A stretch of DNA of 64,000 bases, from assembly GCA_964016885.1 (NCBI GenBank), contig OZ024740.1:174468001-174532000 (forward strand), in the 5' to 3' direction. This DNA is from Eledone cirrhosa. Lineage: Eukaryota. A program made the position numbers and the translations under genes. Shown here piece by piece: positions 13,631 to 29,785 of this stretch; the stretch's first letter is position 1, and each line of letters starts with the position of its first letter. The notes beneath the pieces are model-generated. The model saw only the letters and a list, made by a program, of their open reading frames with translations. It ran no database searches and had not been told where the DNA came from.

Positions 13631-14843
13631 TTAGGTTTATTTTAATTCGACTGCAAACTCTTCTTTGATCTTTTGTGAAAATATAACTTGTTATTTTTCG
13701 CATCTCGGTTGCAGATTTCGTTCCCTCCATTATTTTCATTTGCTGACACGTTACAACTCAGGGTTATTTTCATTGTTAGTTGTTCTCTACCAGCACTTAA
13801 TCGACTTTACTGTTGCGTACTGATCCCTAGAGACAGTTGCTAATCAATTCGACCTTTTTTACAGCGTGAAAGAAATTTATTACAATAAGATTTAAAATGA
13901 TACTTTTTTGAAAAACACATTAACATCGTTCTTGATTCTTAGTGTGTGTGCGTATGTGTGTGTGTGTGTTTTTATATGTGCGTACATATGTGTACATTTG
14001 TATGTATGTGTATGTATGTGAGCGTTCACATGTGCGAGTGTGTGTGCGTGAGCGAGTGAGTATGAATATGTTCGTGTGTATGTATAGTGCGTATAAATGC
14101 TGTCTCTTCTTGTTCTTGTTACAAATTACACTTCACTGTCTTTAGCTGCGTTCTGTTATTTCTCCGTTTGCAACTCTTTGCGTATAGTATCATTCGTAAT
14201 CATCGCTTGATGCTCTGAACTGTCACTGACAGCTCTTTCATGCCACTTATCACTTTCACCGTATCTGATTAACCTATAACACTGCCTACTACGTTTACCA
14301 TTTGCTTGAGATCATGTGGACTACTGGCCTTGTAGATTTCCTACAAGATATTCAACGTCAAACGTCCAAAACATCAAATTACCGAGGAGCTTGTCACACG
14401 TTTATTTTCCATTGATTGTTTATGTTTACAATGCTTCTTGTTTGCATTAGGATACTGAATATAATTATAGTTTTCAATTGATAATTGTATTTTTGACACA
14501 ATTAGTTAGTGCTATATATCAAAGTCACATGGTAATCGTTCTCGTCGCAACTTTTCAATTAATTGTGCTGACTGAATTTTTAATCTTTCAAAAGATTTTC
14601 TAGTCTTACAAACAACAATAATAGATCCATAAATACCTTGTTGTTTGGATGATGTGAGAAATAATGCGAACATTTTAAGTACATACAAAATAGCAAAAGT
14701 GATGTATATGTTTTCAGCAAGATGCTTTCTACTGAAGCTTCTTGTTGTTGTTATAACTTACCATCTGTAATCGAAATTATTTAATTATCGTAACTGCGAC
14801 AACAGTGACAGGGTATTTGTATTAAGATGCACTTAACTTTTAA

Positions 14844-15663
14844 CACACTCTCCGGTTAGATAAATGGTTACAGTGTCATACTAAGTTGTTGGTAATTCAT
14901 TTCTGGTACTCAGCCCTCAGATTTCGCGTCTACACACATGAAGAAGATTAACATGGGAACATATTTGAGAACATTTTTGCGGAATCTTTTGAAAAATATA
15001 CAATGAATATTTTAAGTAAAAAATGTTGGTAAATTTATAAATCTAAACCCGCCTCGTTTTCGATGGGAAAATATATTTTCCCGTTTCTTCTTCGTGTGTT
15101 TTCAACGAATCTGACCTCAAACCCCATCGGAAATTACTGGTTTTATTTTAAAACGGAGGGGATAGAGAAGGAACCTCGAAGTTACAGATCTACACCCATC
15201 ACGCGTTCTATGTGAAACCTTGACTTGTTCCTACTGATTCATTTTCAATGAATCTAAGATCCAAACCCATCGGAAATGACTATTTCTTTTAGAAAACGCA
15301 GATGTGGTGGGGAGTAATACTCTTGAAGTTTCGTACTCTCGGTGTTTTCTATACAATACAGTTTTTCCTGGGTTTTCGTCTGTTTTCAACGAACATGAAC
15401 TCCAAACCACTCGGAAATCAGTTTTTTAGAAGAAAAGGAAAGGGTAGAGATCGGTGACCCCGAGGGTACCCCCCCCCCCCCCGGTTTCTTAAAACAGTCC
15501 TTTCCGATGTAGTTTGAGCTCAGATTCTTTGATAACGCGAACAAATTGAAAAAAAATTACAATTTCCCTTCAAACGCGTGTAAACCTACGTGTTGATACG
15601 TAAAAAATGTAGTTAATATAAAAACAGACCAATTAATATTAAATCATCGTATTTACGCCGGTG
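14844..15663. mobile_element. Non-autonomous DNA transposon with CAC..GTG ends, TTAA flanks and internal repeats
   Basis: TTAA|CAC ... GTG|TTAA; three direct copies of TTTCAACGAATCTGACCTCAAACCCCATCGGAAAT-like sequence (about 15100, 15243, 15384) and one inverted copy (about 15500). Confidence 0.6.
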
Positions 15664-16446
15664 TTAACATTTTTAATATATCCTGTCAATCAGACGTCCC
15701 TGGTATAGACACGCAGAACTTTTACTCTCGCGAAGTTTAGTGTTCCACCAGATAACTTCTATCAATCAATAAAAGTTAACAATCTAATTCTGTGTAGAAG
15801 GCTAATCGTAGGAGGCCAGCCACCTGGTTTAATCCACCATATATCAAACATGTGGCTTCTAATATACCCAAATTGTTCTTTGGTATTCTGGAGAAAAACT
15901 TTCCCCAAACCCATAAGCATCATGCTACATAAAACACGATGAATCGTGCTCAATCACACTTAACTTAGCCGATTATTTAGCCTCTAGTAATAACTAAAAC
16001 TAGACAAATATACTAGATTATCTGGCAATACTAATATCTCAGGTCATTAACAATTTTTTACTCCCTAAACAGTACTTAAATTTATGTGCTTTTTCACAAC
16101 ACAACTCACCTGGATTGTCTTTCTTTTACATTTTCTATTACATTTTGTGTTACAAAAATAATTAAGTGACTAATTAATCTAGTTGAGGAGTACTATATAT
16201 ATCTCTTAATCGGAACAGTTACAGAAATAAATAGTTTTAACTGAGAAAAGCCTTTGGTTATTTCCACTGCCGCCTTAACATTTTCTATTTGGGTATTGTT
16301 GGCCCCAGGTACATGTCGTTTATGAGTTTGCTCGGAGACAAGTATCTTCGCACCTGTTTTCATCAAAGACTTTTGGGGGAAACAAGGCCAAAGTAATTGC
16401 GAGGGCTTCTATGCACTTAGAATTGTATCAATCTAAATCGCTATAA

Positions 16447-16505
<59 letters not shown>

Positions 16506-16507
<2 letters not shown>

Positions 16508-16953
16508 CAGGTCGCTCTCGAGTGTTACTGGTAACATGTAACCCGGTACAACCAGTCTCATGGTCGGGTCGTCGGCGACTAAACCGGCCACTTCACCAAG
16601 CCTGCTTGGTGAAGAGGGTGATATTTGGACACTCAGCGGGAGGAAAAGACCCGGCAAAGGGAGGAGGAACTCGCCAGAGTCAACGGTCATCCAAATAGTT
16701 TTTTTTTTTCTTTTTATACGGAGAGGTGGAACTCTGAGGCATAAAAAGCTGAGGGCTGTCGTTATATTTTCCGTGGCAAACATTTGCACCGAAGATATGT
16801 GGCGTCAGTTCCAAAAAAGTGTGGTTGGTCCTACACAAACCTTCACCACTTAAAACAAAACTTTGTGTGGGTAGTTCAACATCAATTCACTTTTTCACAT
16901 TTAACTTTTGTTGGAGACTCATATGTCGGATATCGACGGGAGAGTCCATCATA
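16506..16953 (+). mobile_element. Non-autonomous RTE-type element (shared leader, distinct body and tail)
   Basis: Leader 16506-16695; GGAGAGGTGGAACTCTGA motif; 3' stem-loop ending CCATCAT, then (AT)n. Confidence 0.7.
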
Positions 16954-16961
16954 TATATATA

Positions 16962-18220
16962 CAGGGTGGGGCATAATTCCTGTTACAAAGTTTTAAATCA
17001 ATTTAAAAATACATTATGTTGCTAATATAACTAATATATTTGTATCAAATCCATGCACTATAACCATATTAACTATTTTTCAGAGCATTACTCCATTAAC
17101 AATTTGCAATGTCCATAGAATTGAAAAGAAAGTTCATAATAGAGAAGCATGAAAAAGGCCTGACTCCACCCAAGATATTTAAACTGGGGAAAATTCTTAA
17201 GATCAATAGAATGTTGATCAAAAGGACAATCGATCGATTTAAGGAAACTTCCTAGATCAAAGACAGACCTCGATCCAGACGCCCTCGCACCTCAAGAACA
17301 CCAAAACTCGTTAAAAGTGTGAGGGAAAAAATAAGGCGTAATCCAAGAAGGTCCATGAGAAAAATGGCAGAAGAAGCAGAAACATCGCCGAGAACTATGC
17401 GGAGGATATGTCGAAATGATCCGGGGATGCAGCCACAATTGAAAAGAGGCTCTTAAACTGTTATTGAACTGTATCAAGGATGGTACGCTGCAAAACATCA
17501 TCTTTACAGATGAGAAGTTATTCACTGTGCAGCAGTCTCACAATCATCAAAATGATCGAGTACTTGCAAAAAGTCTCAAATCAATTCCTTCAAGTGTAGG
17601 AAAAGTGTGCAGAACACAGAAACCAGCATCAGTGATGATTTGGGCAGCCATTTCTGAAAGAGGTAAGTCTCCTCTGATTTTTGTGCCTCAAGGAGTTAAA
17701 ATTAACAAAGAACTTTACATAAAGGATATTTTGGAAGGAGCACTGATGCCATGGTGCATATCTGTTTATGGCGATGACATTTGGACTCTCCAACAAGATG
17801 GAGCGACGAGCCACACTGCTTGCATAACACAACAGTGGTGTAGAGACCATTGTCCTGCATGGTTCAGTAAGGAAGAGTGGCCTCCCACATCATCAGATCT
17901 CAACCCTCTCGATTTTTCTTTATGGTCAATTCTTGAGAGTGAAACCTGCTCTACTCCTAGCCAAAATATTGAAACTCTAAAATCAAAACTGAATAAAGTA
18001 TGGGAGAAAATACCCATGGAAACTGTTCGTGCAGTCATCGAAGACTTTCCTAGAAGACTTCCAGCGGTGGTGAGAGTTAGAGGAAAGCATTTCGAATAAA
18101 TGTTTGTGCAGTTGTTTAATAGTATATTACTTACTATTTGTTGAAGTCAGATCTTGAAATAAATGTTTTTCTCAAGAACTATTTGCATTATATTTTTAAC
18201 AGTTTTTATGCCCCACCCTG
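16962..18220 (+). mobile_element. Tc1/mariner DD37D (maT) transposon with defective transposase
   Basis: TIRs CAGGGTGGGGCATAA / TTATGCCCCACCCTG with TA flanks; motifs FTDEKLF, QQDGATSH and WPPTSSDLNPLD, with 37 residues between the second and third Asp. Confidence 0.95.
17109..18099 (+). pseudogene. maT transposase: N-terminal HTH region disrupted, catalytic domain open at 17464-18099
   Basis: In-frame TAG near 17253 and a frameshift or deletion before the DDD domain. Confidence 0.85.
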
Positions 18221-18239
18221 TATATACACACACACATAT

Positions 18240-18288
<49 letters not shown>

Positions 18289-18734
18289 TCAGAAGAACAA
18301 GCAGACAAAATTTACCTATTTTTATCTCGTAGTCCAGAAGGAATTAACTAAATAAACAATCAATTAATCTGAGCTAAATACAATTATAAGTGTGAAGAGA
18401 AAATAGACAAAAATTTACCCAATTATTCCTCTTAAGCCCCATCCATTATATTCCTTTGTTAAATTTCGAATACCTGATGATGTCACTGGATTCATACTGA
18501 ACCCGGTCATTGAAATGTATAGTATAATAAACCTTTAAGGAATTACACCAGTCCAGCCTCCTGTTATTTTATTATATATATATATATATATATAGTTGTT
18601 ATATAGTAAGGTGCATTATTGGTTGTGTAAAATGGTCCAATAACTTTATGTTAGCAATATTAAGTTCTCCACGCTTTTGTATATCTTCAATTCCATTCGA
18701 GGGAACAACTAGATGATGTAAAACGGAGTATAAG

Positions 18735-21700
18735 TATCAAAATGAAAATCCGAAGGCAAGGTAAAATTCCAATCATTTAATCACGACACATGTTTCAAGA
18801 CGAGATAGATCGATTGTGAAGCCATGATCGATTATCACTGATCTCATCAGTTGAAAATGAATTGTCTTCAAATTCTTGATATGAGGGAGAACAAATAACG
18901 ATGTTCTCTCACAGAATTCATTCCCTCATATGGAGACATGGCGACTGCTATTAGCTTTAGTTGAGGTCATAAAAGTTTTCAGATTTCTATCGCTGCAAAA
19001 GACGCTGGACATCAATCAAATCCGTAGGGATACAATCAGTCACAGTTAAAAGTGAGTGGGTACACACACACTCCACACCTACATACATCGGCTCGAGGTC
19101 AAAGAAAAATATACACATATATATACACACATCAACACAGTATTAAACCCGTAGAATTAGCGTGGGTCGGTACACACCCACTTTTACACACACCGAAGCG
19201 ATGTCCGAGAAAAAACAAATATAAGAATGTACCAACACAACACTCACCGAAAGTTAGTTCACAAAGCAACAGAAGCTATGTCGGTCAAATCTCAATTTGA
19301 CGATGTAAATTGGAAATATTGGGTTAACCAACGCTACACACATACACAACACACACACGCGCGTACGCGCAAGTAAGTTCAGTTCAGTGTTCTGCTATAC
19401 GTGTATAGATCGAATTGTAACAGCCATATCTTCAAGTGTGTGTTATGGTACATACACATCCGAATCGTCCAAAAAATGGGGGGGGGGGGGTATGTCCGGG
19501 TATATATACATCCATGTGAAGAGCAAGCAATCAGCTCATGTCGAACTCCTTGTGTACCGCTGTCCCGTTGAGAATCCGTGTTACCAAATCCGTGCGTGCA
19601 AGCAACTGCAATGTGGGCCGGCAAAGGGCTCCGTGTAGGGCCAATGAGCTTTTAAGATAGTTGTTTGAGTGGTGGAGGTGTGTTATCCAACACAGAAGGT
19701 GAAGTAAGAAAACACAGGACAGTAAAATCCAAAGGATGTGTCTAGGCCGATTAATGGTGTGTCAGTATTATTGTTCAATCCGTAACAGTGAGTCCTCCAT
19801 GGTTAGATGATCACGCATCAAAACCTGGTGTAGTGTTCAGTCGGTAGGAACGTGACAGTCGTAAATGTGGGAGCTCAATGTCTAAAGGAAACGGGTACTG
19901 TGTGTAGAGCTATGTATAGAGAGCGTAATCGGTCCTAACTAAGTGTGTAATCAATCTAACCATTTACTAGCTAGGTATTCTAAAAGAGAGCACTCAGCTG
20001 TGAGAAATCCGTGGAAACAGGTCGAGTATCGTTTGCAAGTGCGCAAACAATCTTAGCCGTCTAACTACCTAAGTGTGTGACTGTCCGTTTATTGAGAGAA
20101 CTCTATGGCTAAAGTAGAGAGGGAGGAGTTATTGGTAGGTTACCTTCCAAAAATCCTGCGGAAGGTTTTCGAGGTTCTATGTTGACAGTTATGAAAAAAT
20201 CTGCTCTTCTATTAATTAATAGGGGGCCGCCTCTAATAATATTAAAAGTTTCAGCTATACATAAATTTCAGACGCCAGTGCTGCCGTTATAAGGTTGGGC
20301 TGAGCAAACTATGAACCAGGATAAGGAGTGCTCTATATTCTGATGTTTAAGCTTCCAGACTAATTCCGAAAGTGCCGTGCTATTTTTTTTATCTAATCTA
20401 TTAAAGGTATGGCGGTGATTATACCATCTATCCTTAAATTCCGTGGCAGTTGCCCCAACATACCTAAAGGTTCTATTAGGAGAGGAGACCTTACAGTCGT
20501 AGTCTATGTTTTTGGTAAGGCATTTCCCAGCCATGGGGCAGGTGGCGGTACTTCTGCAGTTACATTTTTTGCTATCGATCTGGGTAGTTCCGGATGGACC
20601 GCGGTACCTCTGGGGTCGGGTCTCAGTTCCAGTCTGCTCTATAGGTAAATTCCCTGGGGTTGGGGAGACTCGACTCGCCTCACGTGTATGAGTCAGTTCC
20701 TCAATAGAGCTGCCATTGTTCCTGCCATGCCTAATTCCCTCATTGGCTGTCCTAAGTCTACTATAATTCATCTTAGCTATATTCTGAGCTATGTTACTAG
20801 TTGTGGAGTAGGACAGCTTGATGGTATTTCTATTGAATATTTTATAATATCTCTGCGATCTAGGGGAGCATTTGTCTTAGGCCCTAAAGAAAAGCTTAGC
20901 TATACTAGTGGTCAGGCCAGTGGAGTAAGGGGGATTATACCACAGGACTTTTCTGGTCCGATGCCCCTTGTTCCTGCTAACTATATTAGAATTACCTGTC
21001 TCCCTAGTAGTTACTGGTCTATTGTGACTGGAAATACCTGTGGGTCGATGGTGTCCTGGGGTGTCACGATTGTGTTCGGAATCGTCCCAAGACACCAGGG
21101 CGGTGTACCCCCCGTGCGGCTATTGGGGTTACCCTCGATAGCTGGGGTTGTATCCGCTATGCGTCTGCTACACCTGTCCCTATTCCCCCTACTCGACCCT
21201 GAGGATATGGATGTTACAATTCGATCTATACACGTATAGCAGAACACTGAACTGAACTTACTTGCGCGCACGCGCGTGTGTGTGTTGTGTATGTGTGTAG
21301 CGTTGGTTAACCCAATATTTCCAATTTACATCGTCAAATTGAGATTTGACCGACATAGCTCCTGTTGCTTTGTGAACTAACTTTCGGTTAGTGCTGTGTT
21401 GGTACATTCTTATATTTGTTTTTTCTCGGACATAGGTTCGGTGTGTGTGAAAGTGTGTGTGTACCGACCCACGCTAATTCTACGGGTTTAATACTGTGTT
21501 GATGTGTGTATATATATGTATATATTTTTCTTTGACCTCGAGCCGATATATATAGGTGTGGAATGTGTGTGTACCCACTCACATTAACTGTAACTGACTG
21601 TATCCCTACAGATTTGATTGATGTCCAGCGTCTTTTGCAGCGATAGAAATCTGAAAACTTTTATGACCTCAACTAAGGCTAATAGCAGTCGCCATGTCTC

Positions 21701-21917
21701 TGAGTGACTGGTCTGTCTCCATATGAGGGAATGAATTCTGTGAGAGAATATCGTTATTTTTTCTCCCTCATATCAAGAATTTGAAGACAATTCATTTTCA
21801 CCTGATGAGATCAGTGATAATCGATCATAGCTTCACAATCGATCTATCTCTTATTGAAACATGTGTCGTGATTAAATGATTGGAATTTTACCTTGCCTTC
21901 GGATTTTCATTTTGATA
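18735..21917 (-). mobile_element. 5'-truncated Penelope-like element with about 700 bp inverted terminal repeats
   Basis: Arms 18735-19432 and 21203-21917; coding remnants RKVLWYNPPYS (20877-21095) and CNCRSTATCPMAGKCL...YVGATATEFKDRWYNH (GIY-YIG, 20268-20771). Confidence 0.92.
21798..21871 (+). ncRNA. Type I hammerhead motif in the PLE terminal repeat (mirror on the minus strand at about 18781-18854)
   Basis: TCAC-CTGATGA-(47 nt)-GAAA-CATGT-GTC-GTGA; GUC triplet. Confidence 0.75.
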
Positions 21918-22084
21918 TATATATATATATTTGCCTCAGAAACATAACCTTATTATGTAACAAGCTGTCTGATGATGGCACGACACTCGCACACAAAACA
22001 GTCTGGCCAGTGTCGCCATTGATATATATATCACAGTATTATTATTAAAGGACTTGAACATCTGAAAGTACTTCGCTTTTACTT

Positions 22085-22165
<81 letters not shown>

Positions 22166-22171
<6 letters not shown>

Positions 22172-22360
22172 TATACAATTATCAAAGTTGTGTTCAAATC
22201 AGCTATTAAATGATTTGAACACAACTTGGATAATTGGATAATTTATTTATTTTCCTGCTCTGTAAAACAACTGATGTTCATACATTGAGATAGCTATTTC
22301 TCTTACTGGTAATAAGGTAATAAGAAATTACTGACCTTCCTGTTTATAGTTGTTTATACT
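22166..22360 (+). mobile_element. PLE-type terminal-repeat fragment with fold-back 5' end (22166-22246)
   Basis: 35-bp inverted arms; remainder homologous to 3170-3275 and 33985-34075. Confidence 0.65.
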
Positions 22361-22449
22361 ATATACATAACTATAAATAGTAATATTATTATATATTTAC
22401 ATATATATATATATATATATATACATGCATATATATAAATATATATACA

Positions 22450-22568
<119 letters not shown>

Positions 22569-22587
22569 GCATATATATATATATACA

Positions 22588-22626
<39 letters not shown>

Positions 22627-22693
22627 GCATATGCATATATATAGATATATAGATATATATTTAAAAGAATAGAGGTGTAACACACAAGTTATG

Positions 22694-23073
22694 ATATATT
22701 GGTAAACGGAATAGAAAATGCTGACAAATTGTTCACAGTGAAAAATAGTTTAATTAGGAATAAGTGATAATTACTAATAGTATTGGTTAGTATTAAGTTT
22801 TGGTTTTAAGTTTTACCGGTTGCGCATTTCTAATGCTTTTCAAAAATAATTTTGAGATAGAGCGTCCGTGATGTTTGCTCTGATCAGAGCAAACATCACG
22901 AACGCTCTATCTCAAAATTATTTTTGAAAAGCATTAGAAATGCGCAACCGGTAAAACTTAAAACCAAAACTTAATACTAACCAATACTATTAGTAATTAT
23001 CACTTATTCCTAATTAAACTATTTTTCACTGTGAACAATTTGTCAGCATTTTCTATTCCGTTTACCAATATAT
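22694..23073. repeat. About 380 bp near-perfect palindrome with no spacer (centre TGATCA, 22881-22886)
   Basis: Arms read as reverse complements with only 1-2 differences seen. Confidence 0.95.
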
Positions 23074-23085
23074 ATATATATATAT

Positions 23086-23667
23086 ATAGAAGGATTTAAA
23101 TGGATACAGTTCAGTAAAAGGAATTTATTGACACGTGTTTCAATAAGAGTTATAAAACCTGAAAACAGCTGCTATCTACAAAGTATTAATTATGCAGACA
23201 CTCAATATTTCAATGTTATTTTCAACTATCATTTCATCAGAATAATATCATTGAGAACTTGTTTGGTTTTTATAGAGAATATTAAGAGGGCGGAGTGAAG
23301 TTAGAAGAATAGTTAAGGGAATAGATAGAAATGTTTGATAGCAGTGGGTAATTAGATTCCCATCTGTTGTTTTGACATTTTTATAGAATACATTATTTGG
23401 CGTTGGTTATTTTTCTAAATCTATAGAAGGATTAGAGATAGTAAAGATATGCATGGTTGGTTTTGTGTTTGCACTTAATTAACATACAGACTTAAATTTT
23501 TCTTTCAAGTGTGAGTATCCGTTCTCCCACACATAGATATATGTGTATATATACTTATTTTAAAAAAAAAACATACACATTCACACACATACATATATGC
23601 ACACCTCTACAAATACATACACTCACATACACATACTTACATGCTCATACTTACATATATATATACA

Positions 23668-23713
<46 letters not shown>

Positions 23714-23822
23714 TATATGTACCTACATACGCATTCATGTATATACACTTTCATACTCTACTTATCTTCATATACACACATATAGACACACACATATATA
23801 CATACATACTCCTGTCTATGTG

Positions 23823-23898
<76 letters not shown>

Positions 23899-26772
23899 CA
23901 CATATACATGAATACACATACATTTAATTATACACATCAAATATATATATATATATATATATATATACACTCACCCACTTATTTACTTATTTATATACAT
24001 TTTCACCTATATACATACATATGGTCGCTTTTAGACACATTCATTATAGCATATTCGCACTTATTCTCACCAGCATATTTATCCATTATTAGTGTGATAA
24101 TTTAAGGTTATTAATAGTACATATATATGTTGAGAAGTGATTGTTTTTATATTTTTCTAACTAGATTGAGGATTTGTATAGCTGGGAGGATGTCCCTCGT
24201 TTATGTAATATTCAGCTTGTAGTGGGAAAAAAGGGTTTTAGTTCGGTGACGGCAGAATAATGTTCGTTCAATTCTGTTATTAAGCAGTTTCTTCTTGTGT
24301 GTGATTATGTAATAAATCTCAAGATTACACAATTTGCAGAAATTTTGGCTCCTGGAAAAGCTTTGGGTTTTAGCTAATTTCTCCCATTTTAGGGTAAACT
24401 TTTGATCGCTATCCCTGAGTGTCCAAGCTTTTTCTGTTAAAGTTGTTACATTTCTTTGGCTCTGGTGTTTTATTGAGTAAGAATGCCTATATAATCGAGA
24501 TTTAAACGATGTTGCCGTTGATCCCACGTAATACCACTCGTTGCCTCCGGATTCAATGGTACACTTATAGATGATATTTTTTTCAAGGCAGTTATTGCCG
24601 AGGGGGCAGTTGTCAGGATAGGTGCAGTTACAGTTGTGTACGTTGGTTTTGTAGTTAGGTTTACTCTGGAGTAGTATTGCGGACGAACTTAGGTGTGGTT
24701 TATTTATGTTCTGTAGTGTATTGTCTTCTGTTTTTTTTTTTGTGCTCTTTGTACTTAAGTTTTTAGTGTTTTCGTTTAACCTTCTAGTATTGATCTTTTT
24801 TATGTGTTGTTCAAGGTTTAACGCTGTAGAGTATGACAGTCTTATAGTGGTAGGGTTTAGGATTTTGTGGTATTTGTGTGATGTAGGAAAATGTTTCCTA
24901 ACTATTTTAAAGAAGAGTACTGGTAAATTTGTACTAATGGAACTATTGTATTCAGGGTTATACCATAAGTACTCTTTGCATCGCTTTCTATTAGTTTTGT
25001 TTGTTGGTTTACTGGTGTGTACACTATGGTAGTAAGTGTGGTTTGGTGTCGTGTTATTATTTCTACCTATGTGGGATTTATTTTGGGTGTTTGATTGTTT
25101 TCATCTATATATTCTATTTTGTTGAGGTAGCCTGCTTTACTAAGGGTGTTATCGTAGTACTCGGCGTGTTCCTTAAATACTTGTATGTTAGAAGATAGAC
25201 CCGAGATTCTAAGGGAAATATTTTTAGGGATAGATTTAATTATAGAGATGGGGTTGTTAGAACCAACATTTACGTACTTGAGATTTTCATTCAATTTATG
25301 AAACGGTTTAATCAGACCAGAGTTTAAATTGAGTGTGACATCCAGGAAGTTAACTACTTTAAGGTTGTGTTCATATGTTATAGTTAGTCCTATTTCGAGT
25401 AGTAGTTTTCTTATATCTTTGCGTAGTTTTTCTAGTTTTTGGTTATTTAGGTTTTTAACTAGGAGGAGAGCATCATCGCGGTATATTCCACCGTGGAGAT
25501 TACTGAATTTTTCCTGGAGTTTAAAGGCGATAAATAACCCCACAATATCAGTTATTTCCGCCGAATCGTTAGAGCCCATTGTTATGTCAAAGTTGGAGGG
25601 TCTATCTTTACGAACCCAATAACTGTTCTCAAATTTGACTATAGTTTTCCTAGCTTCTAATATAATCTTAATTTCTTCGTTTGTAAGGTCAGAGTTATCC
25701 TTAGCAAACTCAATGGCTCTATTCAGAGTTTTAGGTGATATCGATGAGTAATATTCATCGATATCAAACTGGATAAACTTAGATTTATTCTTATTGCTAA
25801 TGCTATTAAACCATCTAATTGCTTCTTGGGTCCTCCCCCAGAGTTTAATGTTAACCTTAGCCTTAATTTGGGGGATGATTCTATCTAAGATATATTTGCT
25901 TATTTTACCTTTATCTGATTTAGAGGGGCAGATTAGTCTAATTTTAGGGTCGTTATCAAAGTTTACCTTATGGTCCTTAAGATTGAAGGTGGGTACCGCC
26001 GGTAAGAGTGTTTTTAACTAGGAGGAGAGCAACTATCTTCGATTCCGAGATTTTTCACTATTTCGCATGCCTCATCATTGATGTGCTTAAGGGTTACTTC
26101 ACTCGTTTTTCTATATTTTTTATGTAGTTCTTTTCGAATGAAGTTGTTATATGTAGTGCAGTCCATAGTATACAGGGTAGATGTTTTGTCCGCTTTTACT
26201 ACAATTCCTTTGGTGTTTTTAAGGTCGTCCAGTAGTTTTTTAATATCTTTCTGAAGTTTGTTGTTGGTGTTACGTCCTTTGAATTTAATTTTAAGGATTA
26301 AATCCATAAGGTCCTGCTCAAATGCATTTAATAGTCGATTAGTGGGTGGGTTTTTACACGTTCTAAAACCAAATTTGTTGTTTACAGCACTTTCTATGGT
26401 GAGTTCATACGACTTCTATCGTAGTGGAGCGTTTTCCACATGACACGTCGAATGAATTCATTTGTTTTTTGTATCATACTCAATAAGTATTCCTTTTTAC
26501 CTTGGGTTGGTACAATTTTTGAGTGACATATCCAGGTAGTGCTTTTCCATTGTTGTGGTTACGTTTGCTGAGTGGGTTGCTCAACTTTACAGGAGGTAAA
26601 TATAGTATTTTCCGTAGTGTTATAATATGAATATTACACACAGTAGATGGACAGCTCACGTAGGGTTTGCTCCACGGTTCAAGTTGTAGTTTCAAAAGTA
26701 ATCCGGAGAAAATAGAAGGATTTAAATGGATACAGTTCAGTAAATGGAATTTATTGACACGTGTTTCAATAA
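23086..26772 (-). mobile_element. Near full-length Penelope-like retroelement (RT plus GIY-YIG), disrupted
   Basis: VVKADKT, RLICPSKS, FIQFDIDEYYSSI, FDITMGSNDSAE, GIYRDDAL, VNFLDVTL, LWYNPEY, CNC..CPLGNNCL and YVGSTATSFKSRLYRH; direct terminal repeat 23086-23146 = 26712-26772. Confidence 0.95.
23125..23245 (-). ncRNA. Type I hammerhead motif with long stem II insert
   Basis: TTATT-CTGATGA-(about 92 nt)-GAAA-CACGT-GTC-AATAA; 5-bp stem I, palindromic ACACGTGT stem III. Confidence 0.78.
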
Positions 26773-26773
26773 C

Positions 26774-29785
<3,012 letters not shown>

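Noticed and set aside
15095-15420. Regularly spaced 35-bp repeats resembling a CRISPR array
   Set aside because: Eukaryotic context, degenerate repeats, spacers over 100 bp, an inverted copy and no cas genes; a transposon-internal repeat fits better
15690-16430. Possible coding remnant on the minus strand
   Set aside because: Short open frames with no motif I can recognise
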